Source: Verrucomicrobiia bacterium
GTDB taxonomy: Bacteria; Verrucomicrobiota; Verrucomicrobiia; Palsa-1439
DNA: 64,000 nt
Reading direction: 5' to 3'
Assembly: GCA_050010195.1 (NCBI GenBank)
Contig: JBEKLM010000002.1
Location: 56,089-120,088 of the forward strand
The translations under genes were made by a program, and so were the position numbers. The first letter of the stretch is position 1. Each line of letters opens with the position of its first letter. The notes beneath the pieces were generated by a model that saw nothing but the letters and a program-made list of their open reading frames with translations, had not been told where the DNA came from and searched no databases. Shown in pieces: positions 19,837 through 30,052 of this stretch.

Positions 19837-20493
19837 TCACCATTCGGTCGGTTTCGTAATGGTTGTGCCGGGAATTGAATCGGGAAATTGAGCGGCAGCC
19901 AAATGCACGGCCCTTATCTGATGTTTGAAGTCTGCTTCTTTGGCCAATTCGGTGGCTAATTTATTGTGTGGATTGATGATTCCCACCTTCTTGTTCAAGT
20001 GTCCCCTAACAATTTGGATTGCAAGCACGAGGTCAGAATCGTTGGAAATAATCGCAGCCACTTCGTAACTCCCAAGCCATGCGTCATTGAGTAGATGAAT
20101 CGCCAGATTTACATCGGAACCTTTTTCCTTTGTGTCAACCACCTGCACGTTAATTCGATCTTTGGAAAAGAGTTGGTGATCTTTTCTGGGATGGTCGCAC
20201 TTTGGAAGGGCAAGCGGTCGCCAGACGTTGTGCGTTGCAAATAGTCCTAAATGAATCTCAAAGTTTGGAAGTGTCCGCAACGCCCTGAGGAACGTTTCCT
20301 GCCGGGCCGGACCGCCGGGATTCATTTTTGGAGAAACGCGAGCCGTGAAGTACTTGATCTTCACAATGTCGTTGGCCGGCATCAGATTTCTACACAGCAA
20401 GTCAAGATTGAGCCACTTGTATTTCGTGCCTCGCACAGCACCGTAGTACAAGTTGAAGCCGTCTACGTAAACAATAGTCTTAGGAGGGGCCAT
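19837..20493 (-). CDS. NYN-domain (LabA/DUF88, PIN-like) ribonuclease
   Basis: VYVDGFNLYY, EKGSDVNLA, SNDSDL acidic motifs. Confidence 0.9.
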   Translation of the reverse strand: MAPPKTIVYVDGFNLYYGAVRGTKYKWLNLDLLCRNLMPANDIVKIKYFTARVSPKMNPGGPARQETFLRALRTLPNFEIHLGLFATHNVWRPLALPKCDHPRKDHQLFSKDRINVQVVDTKEKGSDVNLAIHLLNDAWLGSYEVAAIISNDSDLVLAIQIVRGHLNKKVGIINPHNKLATELAKEADFKHQIRAVHLAAAQFPDSIPGTTITKPTEW

Positions 20494-20597
20494 AAAAAGT
20501 GCAGGGACTGCCTTTGCCGCAGTCCCCGCGTCCTACAGTCGAAGCAGTAGGAGTAGTTATCTGCCGTAAAGATAGCTATTCCCACACCAGATGCAAG
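20494..20597 (-). promoter_or_regulatory. Promoter and two-hairpin leader with terminator-like stem directly before the NYN ATG
   Basis: Minus strand: TTGCAT-N16-TATCTT, UCCUAC/GUAGGA stem, GCGGGGACUGC-N7-GCAGUCCCUGC-ACUUUUU-AUG. Confidence 0.55.
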
Positions 20598-20634
20598 AGA
20601 AAAGAGTCTTGATTTTTGGTGGTTTTTGTGCATT

Positions 20635-20844
20635 CTAGTTCAGAAATTCAACAGTTTCGTTGATTTCCAATACATGATCGGCAATTCCGGCCTCCATTGA
20701 CGGGGTCACACGCAAAGTTTGGTGTATCCGGCAGAAGTTGTAGTACATGAAATAGAGCGCAATCGCGTGCTCGTGGTTCTCCAACTTCTTGCTAAGTGCG
20801 GCAATCACCGCCACCCTCTTTTCTGCATTTAGCACATTCGCCAT
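20635..20844 (-). pseudogene. Internally deleted IS1-family-like transposase
   Basis: MANVLNAEKRVAVIAAL joined directly to SKKLENH..AIALYFMYYNFCRIHQTLRVTP.MEAG..DH; catalytic middle absent. Confidence 0.8.
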
Positions 20845-20864
20845 ATCACACCGATGTTTATCTT

Positions 20865-20902
20865 CTTGACTGTATTTAGTTAATCTACTAAATTTAGTCA
20901 AG
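20865..20902. promoter_or_regulatory. Palindromic divergent promoter/operator
   Basis: CTTGACT-N2-ATTTAGT-N6-ACTAAAT-N2-AGTCAAG gives TTGACT on both strands between transposase and ATPase. Confidence 0.6.
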
Positions 20903-20921
20903 TGAATAAGGAGATATAATT

Positions 20922-22157
20922 ATGGCAACTGTGATGGTGGCAAATCCGTTCAAGCCCGGAGCGGGTCACATGCCTCCCTATTTGGCGGGCCGGGATAAAG
21001 AACTAAAACAGTTTTCAACTTTGTTGGGTCAGAAAACAATCCTCACCAATGTCATCTTGACCGGACTGCGAGGAGTCGGAAAGACGGTGCTCCTTGAAAA
21101 GTTTAAGCCGTTGGCTCTGGAAAAAAAGTGGCTCTGGGTCGGTACAGATTTGTCTGAATCCACCAGCATCAATGAAGAGACTGTGGCAAAGCGGCTACTC
21201 ACTGATTTGTCTGTTGTTACATCGCGTATCAATATTTCTGAAAACACTCATCCGGTAGGCTTTAGCGAAAAGGGTAATACGAAGGAGAAAACACTTACTT
21301 ACAAGGCGCTCTACGAATTGTATGAAACATCACCCGGTCTGGTTGCGGACAAGATAAAAAGTGTACTGTATTTCGTTTGGCTTTGCACAAAAGAGCTGGG
21401 GATTAACGGAATAGCTTTCGCGTATGACGAAGCGCAAACAATGTCAGACCACGCAGACAAAGATCAATATCCGTTGTCCCTGCTTTTGGACGTTTTTCAA
21501 TCCATCCAAAAGAGGGACATACCATTCATGCTCGTGCTTGTCGGCCTGCCCACTCTCTTCCCGCGACTTGTAGAAGCGAGGACATTTGCAGAACGAATGT
21601 TCACAATTATCATGCTTGACCGACTGGAAGAAACGCCAAGCCGAGAGGCCATTCTAAAACCGATTGAGGATGAAAAGTGTCCAGTGCGCTTCAATGAAAA
21701 GTCGATCAATCTGATTGTTACCACATCAGGCGGCTATCCCTATTTCATTCAGTACATTTGCAAGGAGATATTCGATATTTTCCTTCAGAAAACTGCGAAG
21801 GGAGACGACCTATCCGTGCCTTTGACTGAGATCATACGAAAAATGGACAGCGACTTTTTTGCTGGTAGATGGGCTAGGGCAACCGACCGTCAAAGGGACT
21901 TGCTCAAAGTCGTTGCATCTTTGCCAAACTGTGACGAAGAATTCTCGGTTCAAGAAATTGTAGCGGCGTCTAAGAAGGTGCCCCCTCCTTTCAGCCCCAG
22001 CCATACCAATCAAATGCTTGCTTCACTATCTGACGCTGGACTAGTGTACAAAAATCGGCATGGCAGATATGCGTTAGCGGTTCCGCTTTTGGGACAATTC
22101 ATCCGGAGACAAGAAAAGGAACGGCAGCAATTCCCTTGGCAGCCCCGACTTCTCTAG
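20922..22157 (+). CDS. AAA_16/STAND-like ATPase with C-terminal winged-helix-like region
   Basis: NPF.PG.G..PP.LAGR..EL, GLRGVGKT Walker A, YDEAQ Walker B, GGYPYFIQ. Confidence 0.88.
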   Translation: MATVMVANPFKPGAGHMPPYLAGRDKELKQFSTLLGQKTILTNVILTGLRGVGKTVLLEKFKPLALEKKWLWVGTDLSESTSINEETVAKRLLTDLSVVTSRINISENTHPVGFSEKGNTKEKTLTYKALYELYETSPGLVADKIKSVLYFVWLCTKELGINGIAFAYDEAQTMSDHADKDQYPLSLLLDVFQSIQKRDIPFMLVLVGLPTLFPRLVEARTFAERMFTIIMLDRLEETPSREAILKPIEDEKCPVRFNEKSINLIVTTSGGYPYFIQYICKEIFDIFLQKTAKGDDLSVPLTEIIRKMDSDFFAGRWARATDRQRDLLKVVASLPNCDEEFSVQEIVAASKKVPPPFSPSHTNQMLASLSDAGLVYKNRHGRYALAVPLLGQFIRRQEKERQQFPWQPRLL

Positions 22158-22402
22158 CTCTTGGGAGTCTTGCGCCCCGCTATATGAGGCGTATGCCTCA
22201 TAGGCTCCGACCCCGTGACCTGCTCCACGATGCCCAGTGCTCGCTGGCTGAAGTCCTGCCGGGTTGGCCTTTTGGGTCGTGTTGGCCGTTTTGCTCTGGT
22301 TGGTCTGCCAATGACCCCGACTGCGCCATGCTTTCCAATTTTTGGAAAGGTTGAATAATTTCAAACTGACCCACTACCGGCGGACACTGTCAGATGCCAG
22401 GG

Positions 22403-24637
22403 TCACAGCGGCTGGCATTCGAACGAAATGGAAAAGCCGGCTGGTGCCGACCCGGCGGGAACGTCGATGACGAAGTCGTCCGCGTAGAATTTTCCCGGCA
22501 CCCAGCGTTTGACCGGCCAGACGGATTGGCCCAGGGGTTGGAATTGTGAGCCGAATTGTCGGATGTCGCGGTTCCGAGCTTCCGACCGAACGCGACAGCG
22601 GACTGCAAGGTCGACATCCACAGGGACCGCGACCGAGCAGAAGATGGTGATGTGGATTTGATCGTGGGGGCTGGCGCCGGCGGAAGTCAGCGCGGCGGCG
22701 GTGTAGCCTTCAAACGTCACCCCTTTTCCCAATTCCGTTGATTGACGAACGACTTCGGGAGGCAAGGTGTCGCGCTCGACGAGTCGGCGGGCATCGATGG
22801 ACTCGCCGTGCCGCGAGTAGAGGACAATACCGTCTTCCGCATCGACGAGGTGCAACTGCGGTTGAGATTCGGCTTGTCGCTGGATGTCACGGAGGTTCTT
22901 CAGCCAAGTGAGACTGGTGGTTGATCTCCACGAATCACGCATATCCAGGAGCACGCAATCGATTGGCGACGGCAGGGGCGGGGTCACGTACAGATATTTC
23001 TGGGTGATGAAATGGGCCGCGGCGCGCTGGGTGGCGAACAAGGAGGCTTGTCGGTCGATGCGTTGGGCGATCCGCTGCACGATTTCCGGGCGGTCCGGTG
23101 GAGTTGGCAGTGCGACCAGGGCCGGTTTGCTCCAGAAGATGTTGCCAAAAAACACGGACAGCAAGATTCCCGTGACGGTCGCGCCGGAGAGAACGGCCCG
23201 TTGTCGGGCCGGGGTGGCGCGGGACAACGCGGCGGCCAGGGCCCAGAACACCACGGGGAACAGGGCGAGCTGATACCAGTAACGGATGCTCTTGAGCGTG
23301 GGATCCAGGCAATCGAAGAGAAACACCAGCGACCCCACGAAAAGGATCGAGGGTTTCTTCAAGGGCACGAACAACAGGGGAGCCAGCAGGAGCGCGGCAA
23401 AATAGAACGTCGATGGCGCGAACAGATTCCCCCAAAAAGCTTTGGGGTTCGCCCATGGAGAAAAGAAGATTTCCTTGTTGTTCTCGCCGATGGCGGCGAA
23501 GTGGCTTTGCGCCATGTACGGCTGATGAGACATCGCGGGAATGACGACGGAAGCCATGACGAGAAAATACGCGAAGGCGACCACGGCGGTTACGATACCC
23601 AGCTTGCGACGGTTGCCAAACAGGGCGAGGTAGAGTCCGAATGTTCCGATCGGGATCGCCGCTTCCTCCTTGAGGAGGATGGCCCACACGGCGAACAGCA
23701 GCGCCCAGCCGCGGCGTTCCTTGAGCCAGAATGCCAGCGCCAGAAAGAACAGCGGCAGGCAGAGGTTTCCGCAGTGGAATCCGTAGGAACCACTGTAAAT
23801 GAATTGTGACACGGGCGGGAAGACCAGCCAGGCCGCCACCAGCAGCAGCGCCGCTGTTCTGTCCTGAAAAAATTTTCGGCCGATCCAATAGATGGGCAAC
23901 GCGCAGGCCATGACGGCGAGGACCTGGAGCAGGATCGTTACTTTCAGGTCCGGCCACAAGAGCCAGAGCGGGACGAATGGCAGAAAGCCTGGTTGAAAAT
24001 GGTCGTAGAACAGCGGTCGGTCGGGATTGACGCGCAGGAACAGCTCACGCGGATTGTAGAGCGTGTTGTACATGGTGCGGGCGTAGTCCCCGCAATCGGC
24101 GTAGCCGAGTTGGAAATTGTTGAAGCAATGGATTTGTTGGACGAGGTAATAGACCGACAACCCGACGGCTGCGGAGACAACGGCTGTCGCCAGTAAACTT
24201 GCCGGTTCGAACTCGTAGCCGAAACCGGAGAATCGCGAAGACGAACTTCGTTCCGGACTTGGCGACGGGGGGTTGCGCAACCAGAGCGCGATCGTCCAAC
24301 CACAGGCGGTGCAGAAGAGGATCGGGTCGAGGCATTGCGGGCGCAGGCCGAGAAATCGTTTGGCCAGGATGAAGCAGGCAGCGGCTGTCGTCATAAGGCC
24401 GGCGTTGAACCAGCGACGGCATTCGTCAGGACTCTGAGCCGTCGAACGCAGAAGCAGGGCCGTTGCCGCCGTGCCTACCAGCATCAGCACGATTTCCAAC
24501 TTGCCGGGGACGGCGGGCAAGGCCCAATAGAGTTCCGGGGAATAATTGGTTCCGAGCAGGACCCAAAAGGCGCCGAGGCAGAGCGTGGCGATGACCGCCA
24601 ATGCCAGAAACCAGGTGTACCGGAACGCGGAGCGCAT
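22403..24637 (-). CDS. DUF2079-family polytopic membrane protein (GT-C-like)
   Basis: DCG.Y, DHFQP, GFH and LKEE motifs; more than 10 TMs. Confidence 0.75.
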   Translation of the reverse strand: MRSAFRYTWFLALAVIATLCLGAFWVLLGTNYSPELYWALPAVPGKLEIVLMLVGTAATALLLRSTAQSPDECRRWFNAGLMTTAAACFILAKRFLGLRPQCLDPILFCTACGWTIALWLRNPPSPSPERSSSSRFSGFGYEFEPASLLATAVVSAAVGLSVYYLVQQIHCFNNFQLGYADCGDYARTMYNTLYNPRELFLRVNPDRPLFYDHFQPGFLPFVPLWLLWPDLKVTILLQVLAVMACALPIYWIGRKFFQDRTAALLLVAAWLVFPPVSQFIYSGSYGFHCGNLCLPLFFLALAFWLKERRGWALLFAVWAILLKEEAAIPIGTFGLYLALFGNRRKLGIVTAVVAFAYFLVMASVVIPAMSHQPYMAQSHFAAIGENNKEIFFSPWANPKAFWGNLFAPSTFYFAALLLAPLLFVPLKKPSILFVGSLVFLFDCLDPTLKSIRYWYQLALFPVVFWALAAALSRATPARQRAVLSGATVTGILLSVFFGNIFWSKPALVALPTPPDRPEIVQRIAQRIDRQASLFATQRAAAHFITQKYLYVTPPLPSPIDCVLLDMRDSWRSTTSLTWLKNLRDIQRQAESQPQLHLVDAEDGIVLYSRHGESIDARRLVERDTLPPEVVRQSTELGKGVTFEGYTAAALTSAGASPHDQIHITIFCSVAVPVDVDLAVRCRVRSEARNRDIRQFGSQFQPLGQSVWPVKRWVPGKFYADDFVIDVPAGSAPAGFSISFECQPL

Positions 24638-24765
24638 GGTATGTCCTCAGAAAAGCCGACAAACGGGCGTCACGGGAGTTGATGGTAGCGCCGCATTCGG
24701 CCCCGGCTCAAGGCGGAAAGCAGATTACGATCATCAACGGACGAATGGTGCGGACAGCAACAGCA

Positions 24766-25052
24766 CCCCTCACCCTAACCCTTTGCTCCGAACTACGGTC
24801 CGTAGGTTCGGAGCGTCTCGTCAAACTCGGCTCCCCCCAAGGGGAGAGGGGATTGCGGCGCGCGGCCTACAATTCAACTCACGGCTCTATTCGCATTAGC
24901 GACCGGCGCTTCACAGAAGCGCCGCGACAACTCGGGCTCGGCTGGATACCCTCGTCGGACTCGGGCATCCAGCCCTACAATCTGGAGTAGGCATCCAGCC
25001 CTACAATTTGCGGAGCGCGGCCTACTCGCCGCGTAAGGGCACGCGGCCTACA
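24766..25052. repeat. REP cluster: interrupted CCCCTCACC palindrome plus reverse GTAG-type REPs
   Basis: GCGCGGCCTAC x2, CACGCGGCCTAC and GCATCCAGCCCTACAAT x2 between 24858 and 25052. Confidence 0.7.
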
Positions 25053-25063
25053 ACGGCGGCGGG

Positions 25064-26014
<951 letters not shown>

Positions 26015-26054
26015 GTGCCTGAGTGATTCGCAGAATTTGGGGCGAGGGGCAATA

Positions 26055-26330
26055 AAAATCCGCCTTCGCTGAAGCTACTGCGGACAGGGAGCGGGGCGGG
26101 CCACGAATTCACGCAGATAGGCGCGGATGTTCACCACGAAGCACACCCTTCGAGGACTCAGGGTAAACTCCGGGCACGAAGAAGACGGGCTGTTTGCGCC
26201 ACCGGCAAGTCTGTGGCGCGTTTGCCGCAGCCGACAGCGGCGTCTCGTCGGACTTGGCTCCGGCGGCCAGTGCCGCCTTCGGCTCCACGCAGAGAGCGCC
26301 CTTCGACCGAGCTCAGGGCAGGCTCCGGGC
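26055..26330. repeat. Mosaic of short palindromic repeats
   Basis: CCGCCTTCGCTGAAGCTACTGCGG, CCCTTCGA-N-CTCAGGG x2 and TTTG-hairpin units. Confidence 0.6.
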
Positions 26331-26347
26331 GCGGACGGGGTTGTTTT

Positions 26348-27042
26348 CATGATATGTCGGCAGCCGATATATCATGGACTGCCGAGCGTCGGGCGACGCG
26401 AGTTGAATGATGAAGGGTGTGGCAAGGGCTATGGCGGACAGGGGGACGATGCCACACGAGGGTTCTCCGTTCGGAGGCGGACGAGGGCCGCGCGTGGGAA
26501 CGTCTGGCCCGGAAATTGTGAGGCGGTGGGCGGTGATCACATGTTGCAGCGGTGAGACCTGACCCGAATTCCTCAATACCTTCCACTGGAAGGCATCATC
26601 TGTGACGGGGGAAACAATGATACCTAGTAGTACTAGGCATCATGGAGTTGGCGGTCTGTGGTGAGGACCTCAAAGAGAGTGGGGACAATACATGGTGCCA
26701 TGTATCGGGAGAGAGGAAGGGTCAGCGACGGTGGATCGGCGGCGGTTGCGGAGTGGGGAGGGCGTCCATATTCTCAGACCCCTACCGCGCCGGCCCTCGT
26801 CAATTGTTTTATGATGAGACCTGACCCTGCTCCCTTTTTCGTCCGGTGAGGCCATCTACGAAGTCTGATCTGTAAATTGTAAAGCGTTGACCCCCTCTAA
26901 ACTGGAAGTTGTGGAGCGTTGCCTTTGTCTCATCGATGATGCCTAGTAGTACTAGGCATCGGGTGACCGGCGGCGAATTTGTAGGTTGTGAGGCATGGCC
27001 CCCTCGGGCTTTAAAATTGTACCAATGATTAGACCCGACCCC
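26348..27042. repeat. Three tandem modules, each an ATGAT-palindrome plus an AGACCYGACCC motif
   Basis: Palindromes at 26348-26376, 26617-26643 and 26938-26960; AGACCYGACCC at 26553-26565, 26815-26827 and 27029-27042. Confidence 0.7.
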
Positions 27043-27117
27043 AAAAACCTACCCCTGAAAACTCGTCTTTCATTATCGTGGGCTTGGTGAGCGACAGGGT
27101 GCGGCAGAGAACATGCC

Positions 27118-27498
27118 CTACGTCGAGTACTTAATGTTGGCAACGGCGCGAAAACTGTAATGGCAGGAACGTGTGTCCCGCCGGTTCATGCGCTCGTGGC
27201 CAACGCACACCCCGCCCGTCTCACCCTGCGTCCTCCGCGCAGAAATGAGTTCGTGAAGGAAACTGTGAATGTTGAAACCGCCATGAGTGCATTGGGTGTT
27301 AGGGCAAGGACAATATTCACCGGGCGGGTTCTCTAATGTATACGTATGGTTTGTCGTCTTCCCAAAGCCCAAAGGGTGCGCAGTGACTTCCACCCGCAAT
27401 TCAACGACCTCCGGATATGCCTCACGAAATGTGGTCAGGTGTCCGAGCAAGGGCTGGGACTTAGCTAAATCATCCTGTGCACTTGGTTTTTTCTTCAT
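27118..27498 (-). CDS. Small Cys-rich (putative Zn-binding) protein
   Basis: CPCPNTQC.HGG...C.G.E...C; starts 7 bp after the HNH stop. Confidence 0.75.
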   Translation of the reverse strand: MKKKPSAQDDLAKSQPLLGHLTTFREAYPEVVELRVEVTAHPLGFGKTTNHTYTLENPPGEYCPCPNTQCTHGGFNIHSFLHELISARRTQGETGGVCVGHERMNRRDTRSCHYSFRAVANIKYST

Positions 27499-27505
27499 AA
27501 TTCTT

Positions 27506-28426
27506 TCATCCTAACTTCTCGCGCACATCGCGAAGAGCCATATTGTAAACCCGCTCAAGGTCGCGCCTAGTAAGTTCTGTTAGGTGTGCAAACGGCTTCT
27601 TCATTTTCAATCGGGCTGCCAGTTCCGGGTAGTATGAGTCATTGTCAACACCCAGTTGCCTCATCGCCAGCTTGATTGCCCTGTACCGCGCATTCCGCCA
27701 AGCGTCCGGAACTTTCGTCTTGAGCTTGCGAGTGCCAATGGCCTTTTGCCGTCTATACCAAGCTTCCGCATCGCCGAGTTGTGATTCGAGCAACTGCTCG
27801 TATTTGTTGATCCCGAAGAACTTTTTGAACCGACTCCACCACATTTTGTACGCATCCTCGCGCGTCATGCCGACGGTGTTCTCGACGAGATTGTCAATCC
27901 ATTCATGGATCTGCCGTCCCTGTGCTGGTGAAATCTCTCCTCCTGCACGTTCCAGGACATGCTCAATTTTGGGAGGGCGGTGATACACATTCTGGTTGCC
28001 CGCAATAAAGGTATTGTTATCGCCGATTTGAAACTGAGCATTGCCGGCGTTTTCGATGTTCACGTATGATTCAAGCAGTTTGCTGGCGCGACGGGCATCC
28101 TCCTGCGACAGTTCGATGCTGCCGTTGCGCTCGTGCATCTGTTTGATTTCCGTGAGTAATTCAACCGTGTACGTATTTGGTTCAGCATCCACGATCTTGT
28201 GATGGCGACGGCAGAGTAGAATCAGATTTTCGGAAGCGTGCCGTTGCTCATCTGTTTGCTGGGGGTCATAACGCGGACCTGGTCTCTTCGCTTTGATATG
28301 ACAAATCTCGCCGGTTACCGTGTCAGAGATTGGTTCAACCAGTGGCGTCCCACACTCATGAAAGGCGCACCGGTTTCCAGAAACTGCAAACAGCTTTTTG
28401 ACAGTTTGTAAGGTCGGTGCATTCAT
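27506..28426 (-). CDS. HNH endonuclease with helical C-terminal domain
   Basis: SGNRCAF..C...GEICHI...ENLILLC..HH..VD. Confidence 0.85.
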   Translation of the reverse strand: MNAPTLQTVKKLFAVSGNRCAFHECGTPLVEPISDTVTGEICHIKAKRPGPRYDPQQTDEQRHASENLILLCRRHHKIVDAEPNTYTVELLTEIKQMHERNGSIELSQEDARRASKLLESYVNIENAGNAQFQIGDNNTFIAGNQNVYHRPPKIEHVLERAGGEISPAQGRQIHEWIDNLVENTVGMTREDAYKMWWSRFKKFFGINKYEQLLESQLGDAEAWYRRQKAIGTRKLKTKVPDAWRNARYRAIKLAMRQLGVDNDSYYPELAARLKMKKPFAHLTELTRRDLERVYNMALRDVREKLG

Positions 28427-28436
28427 AAGTAGTCTC

Positions 28437-29963
28437 TCACGCCAGTTTCTTCGCGATTTGCTCGTCGAGGATTTCGCGGACGGTGAGGGGGATGATGGCT
28501 TTGCCGGACTTCTTGAAGAAGTGCTCGATCTCGGTGAGGGCGTCGCTGGAGTAGTCGAACGCGATGAAAAAGCCTTTGGTGCGATCTTCGCGCGTCATTA
28601 CGGCTTCGAACTGGTCCACGTCGGGGCGACCGACTTTGTCCTTCTGCTTCACCTGAATGGGATACCATACGTCCATGAATTCGAGGTGGCCGGTTTCCTT
28701 GCCGACGCGGGCGGGGGCGGCGCTGACGGGATAAATGCGACCGTCGATGCCCATGTCGCCGACTTTCGTTTTGTTCGGGATGCCGCCGAGGGCGATGACG
28801 GCCCAGTTCTCGAACTCGAAGGGCGGAATCTCGCGGAGTTTCGCTTCCGTCCACGGCAAATCGCGCACGACAAAGCCTTTGCCCGCACGCCACAATTGCT
28901 CGTCCTCCTTCATGTAGCAGACGTCGCGGAGGCGCTTGGCCATCACGCGGCAAGCGGTCGGCGAAATATCAATGCCGATCCATTGTCGATTTAGCTTCTG
29001 CGCGGCTACCAGTGCCGTACCGCAGCCACAGAATGCGTCCAGCACGATGTCGTTCTCGTTGCTGCTCGCTTGGATGATTCGCTCAAGCAATGGAAGCGGC
29101 TTCTGCGTCGGATAGCCCAATGATTCTTTGGCTTGTGAGTTGATGGGGTTAATGTCGTCCCACACGCTGCCAACCGGAAGCCCCTTTGACTCGTCGAGGT
29201 ATCGTTTGTACCGGGGAGTCTTTCCGCCGGAAGGGATGGCGACACGACCCTCACGGATGAATTGGTCCATTTTCTCTTGGCTGTATCGCCAGTAGCCGTC
29301 GACACCGAGGACTTTGTAATGCGGATTCCCTTTCGACGGTGCGGCGCCGCCGGGCGCGCGCAGGTCTCCCCACTGGAATCGCCTCCCGTTTTCGTCGACT
29401 TGCGAATAGTGCGACTCGACGTAGGACGGGTCAAGCGAAACGAATTGGTGGTTCCATACGTAATCCTCGCTCCCGCCACAGTAAAAAAGAAGAACGTCGT
29501 GCAGCCGTCCATAGTGTTTGCTGCCCTGTGCCGCGTCGTTGTGTGATGTCTGCCGTTTCCAGACGATTTCGTTGATGAAGTTGTTCTCCCCGAAAACCTG
29601 GTCGAGCATGACCTTGACGTAGTGGGAGGCGTGCCAGTCGCAGTGGTAGTAGAAGCTGCCGGTGGGTTTAAGGACGCGGCGGAGTTCGGCGCAGCGCGGG
29701 CGCATGAACTCGATGTAGGCCTGGGTCGAGGCATGGCGGTCGTCGAAGGAGCGTTTTTCCTTGGTCTCGCCCCAGAAGACTTCGTAGTTGCGGTTGGAAT
29801 TGAACGGCGGGTCGATGTAGATCAGGTCCACGCAGGCGTCGGGCAGTTTCTTCAATTGCTCCAGATTGTCGCCGCAATAGATGACGCGCGTGTCGACGAG
29901 CGGGGAAGGCTTTGCGGGGCCAGCAGGCCGCTCGGGCACGGGAGGAGTGGCTTTCTTCGCCAT
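28437..29963 (-). CDS. Beta-class N4/N6 DNA methyltransferase fused to Mrr-like endonuclease
   Basis: DPPF (motif IV), YPTQKP, DAFCGCGT (motif I), then FEFE...GDMGIDG...IQVKQ. Confidence 0.9.
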   Translation of the reverse strand: MAKKATPPVPERPAGPAKPSPLVDTRVIYCGDNLEQLKKLPDACVDLIYIDPPFNSNRNYEVFWGETKEKRSFDDRHASTQAYIEFMRPRCAELRRVLKPTGSFYYHCDWHASHYVKVMLDQVFGENNFINEIVWKRQTSHNDAAQGSKHYGRLHDVLLFYCGGSEDYVWNHQFVSLDPSYVESHYSQVDENGRRFQWGDLRAPGGAAPSKGNPHYKVLGVDGYWRYSQEKMDQFIREGRVAIPSGGKTPRYKRYLDESKGLPVGSVWDDINPINSQAKESLGYPTQKPLPLLERIIQASSNENDIVLDAFCGCGTALVAAQKLNRQWIGIDISPTACRVMAKRLRDVCYMKEDEQLWRAGKGFVVRDLPWTEAKLREIPPFEFENWAVIALGGIPNKTKVGDMGIDGRIYPVSAAPARVGKETGHLEFMDVWYPIQVKQKDKVGRPDVDQFEAVMTREDRTKGFFIAFDYSSDALTEIEHFFKKSGKAIIPLTVREILDEQIAKKLA

Positions 29964-30052
29964 GCCGTGGAGTGTAGTCAGGCGGGGGGCGTTCGACAAG
30001 CCTCGAAGGTTTTTCTGGAGGGCAAGAACGGAAGGGGTTGATTGACGAGTGC

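Larger units (their letters stand above)
19812..22378. mobile_element. Non-autonomous IS1-like element with passenger genes (2567 bp)
   Basis: Perfect 20-bp TIR GGTAGTGGGTCAGTTTGAAA (19812-19831 / 22359-22378); flanks AGCGGACG and GGCGGACA (6/8 identical); visibly more AT-rich interior. Confidence 0.88.

Noticed and set aside
24858-25052. Short repeats resembling a mini-CRISPR
   Set aside because: Irregular spacing and CTAC ends fit GTAG-type REPs
26348-27042. Possible CRISPR array or attC cassette array
   Set aside because: Spacing of ~300 bp is too long for CRISPR, repeats are not identical, there are no cas genes, and no RYYYAAC/GTTRRRY boxes were found
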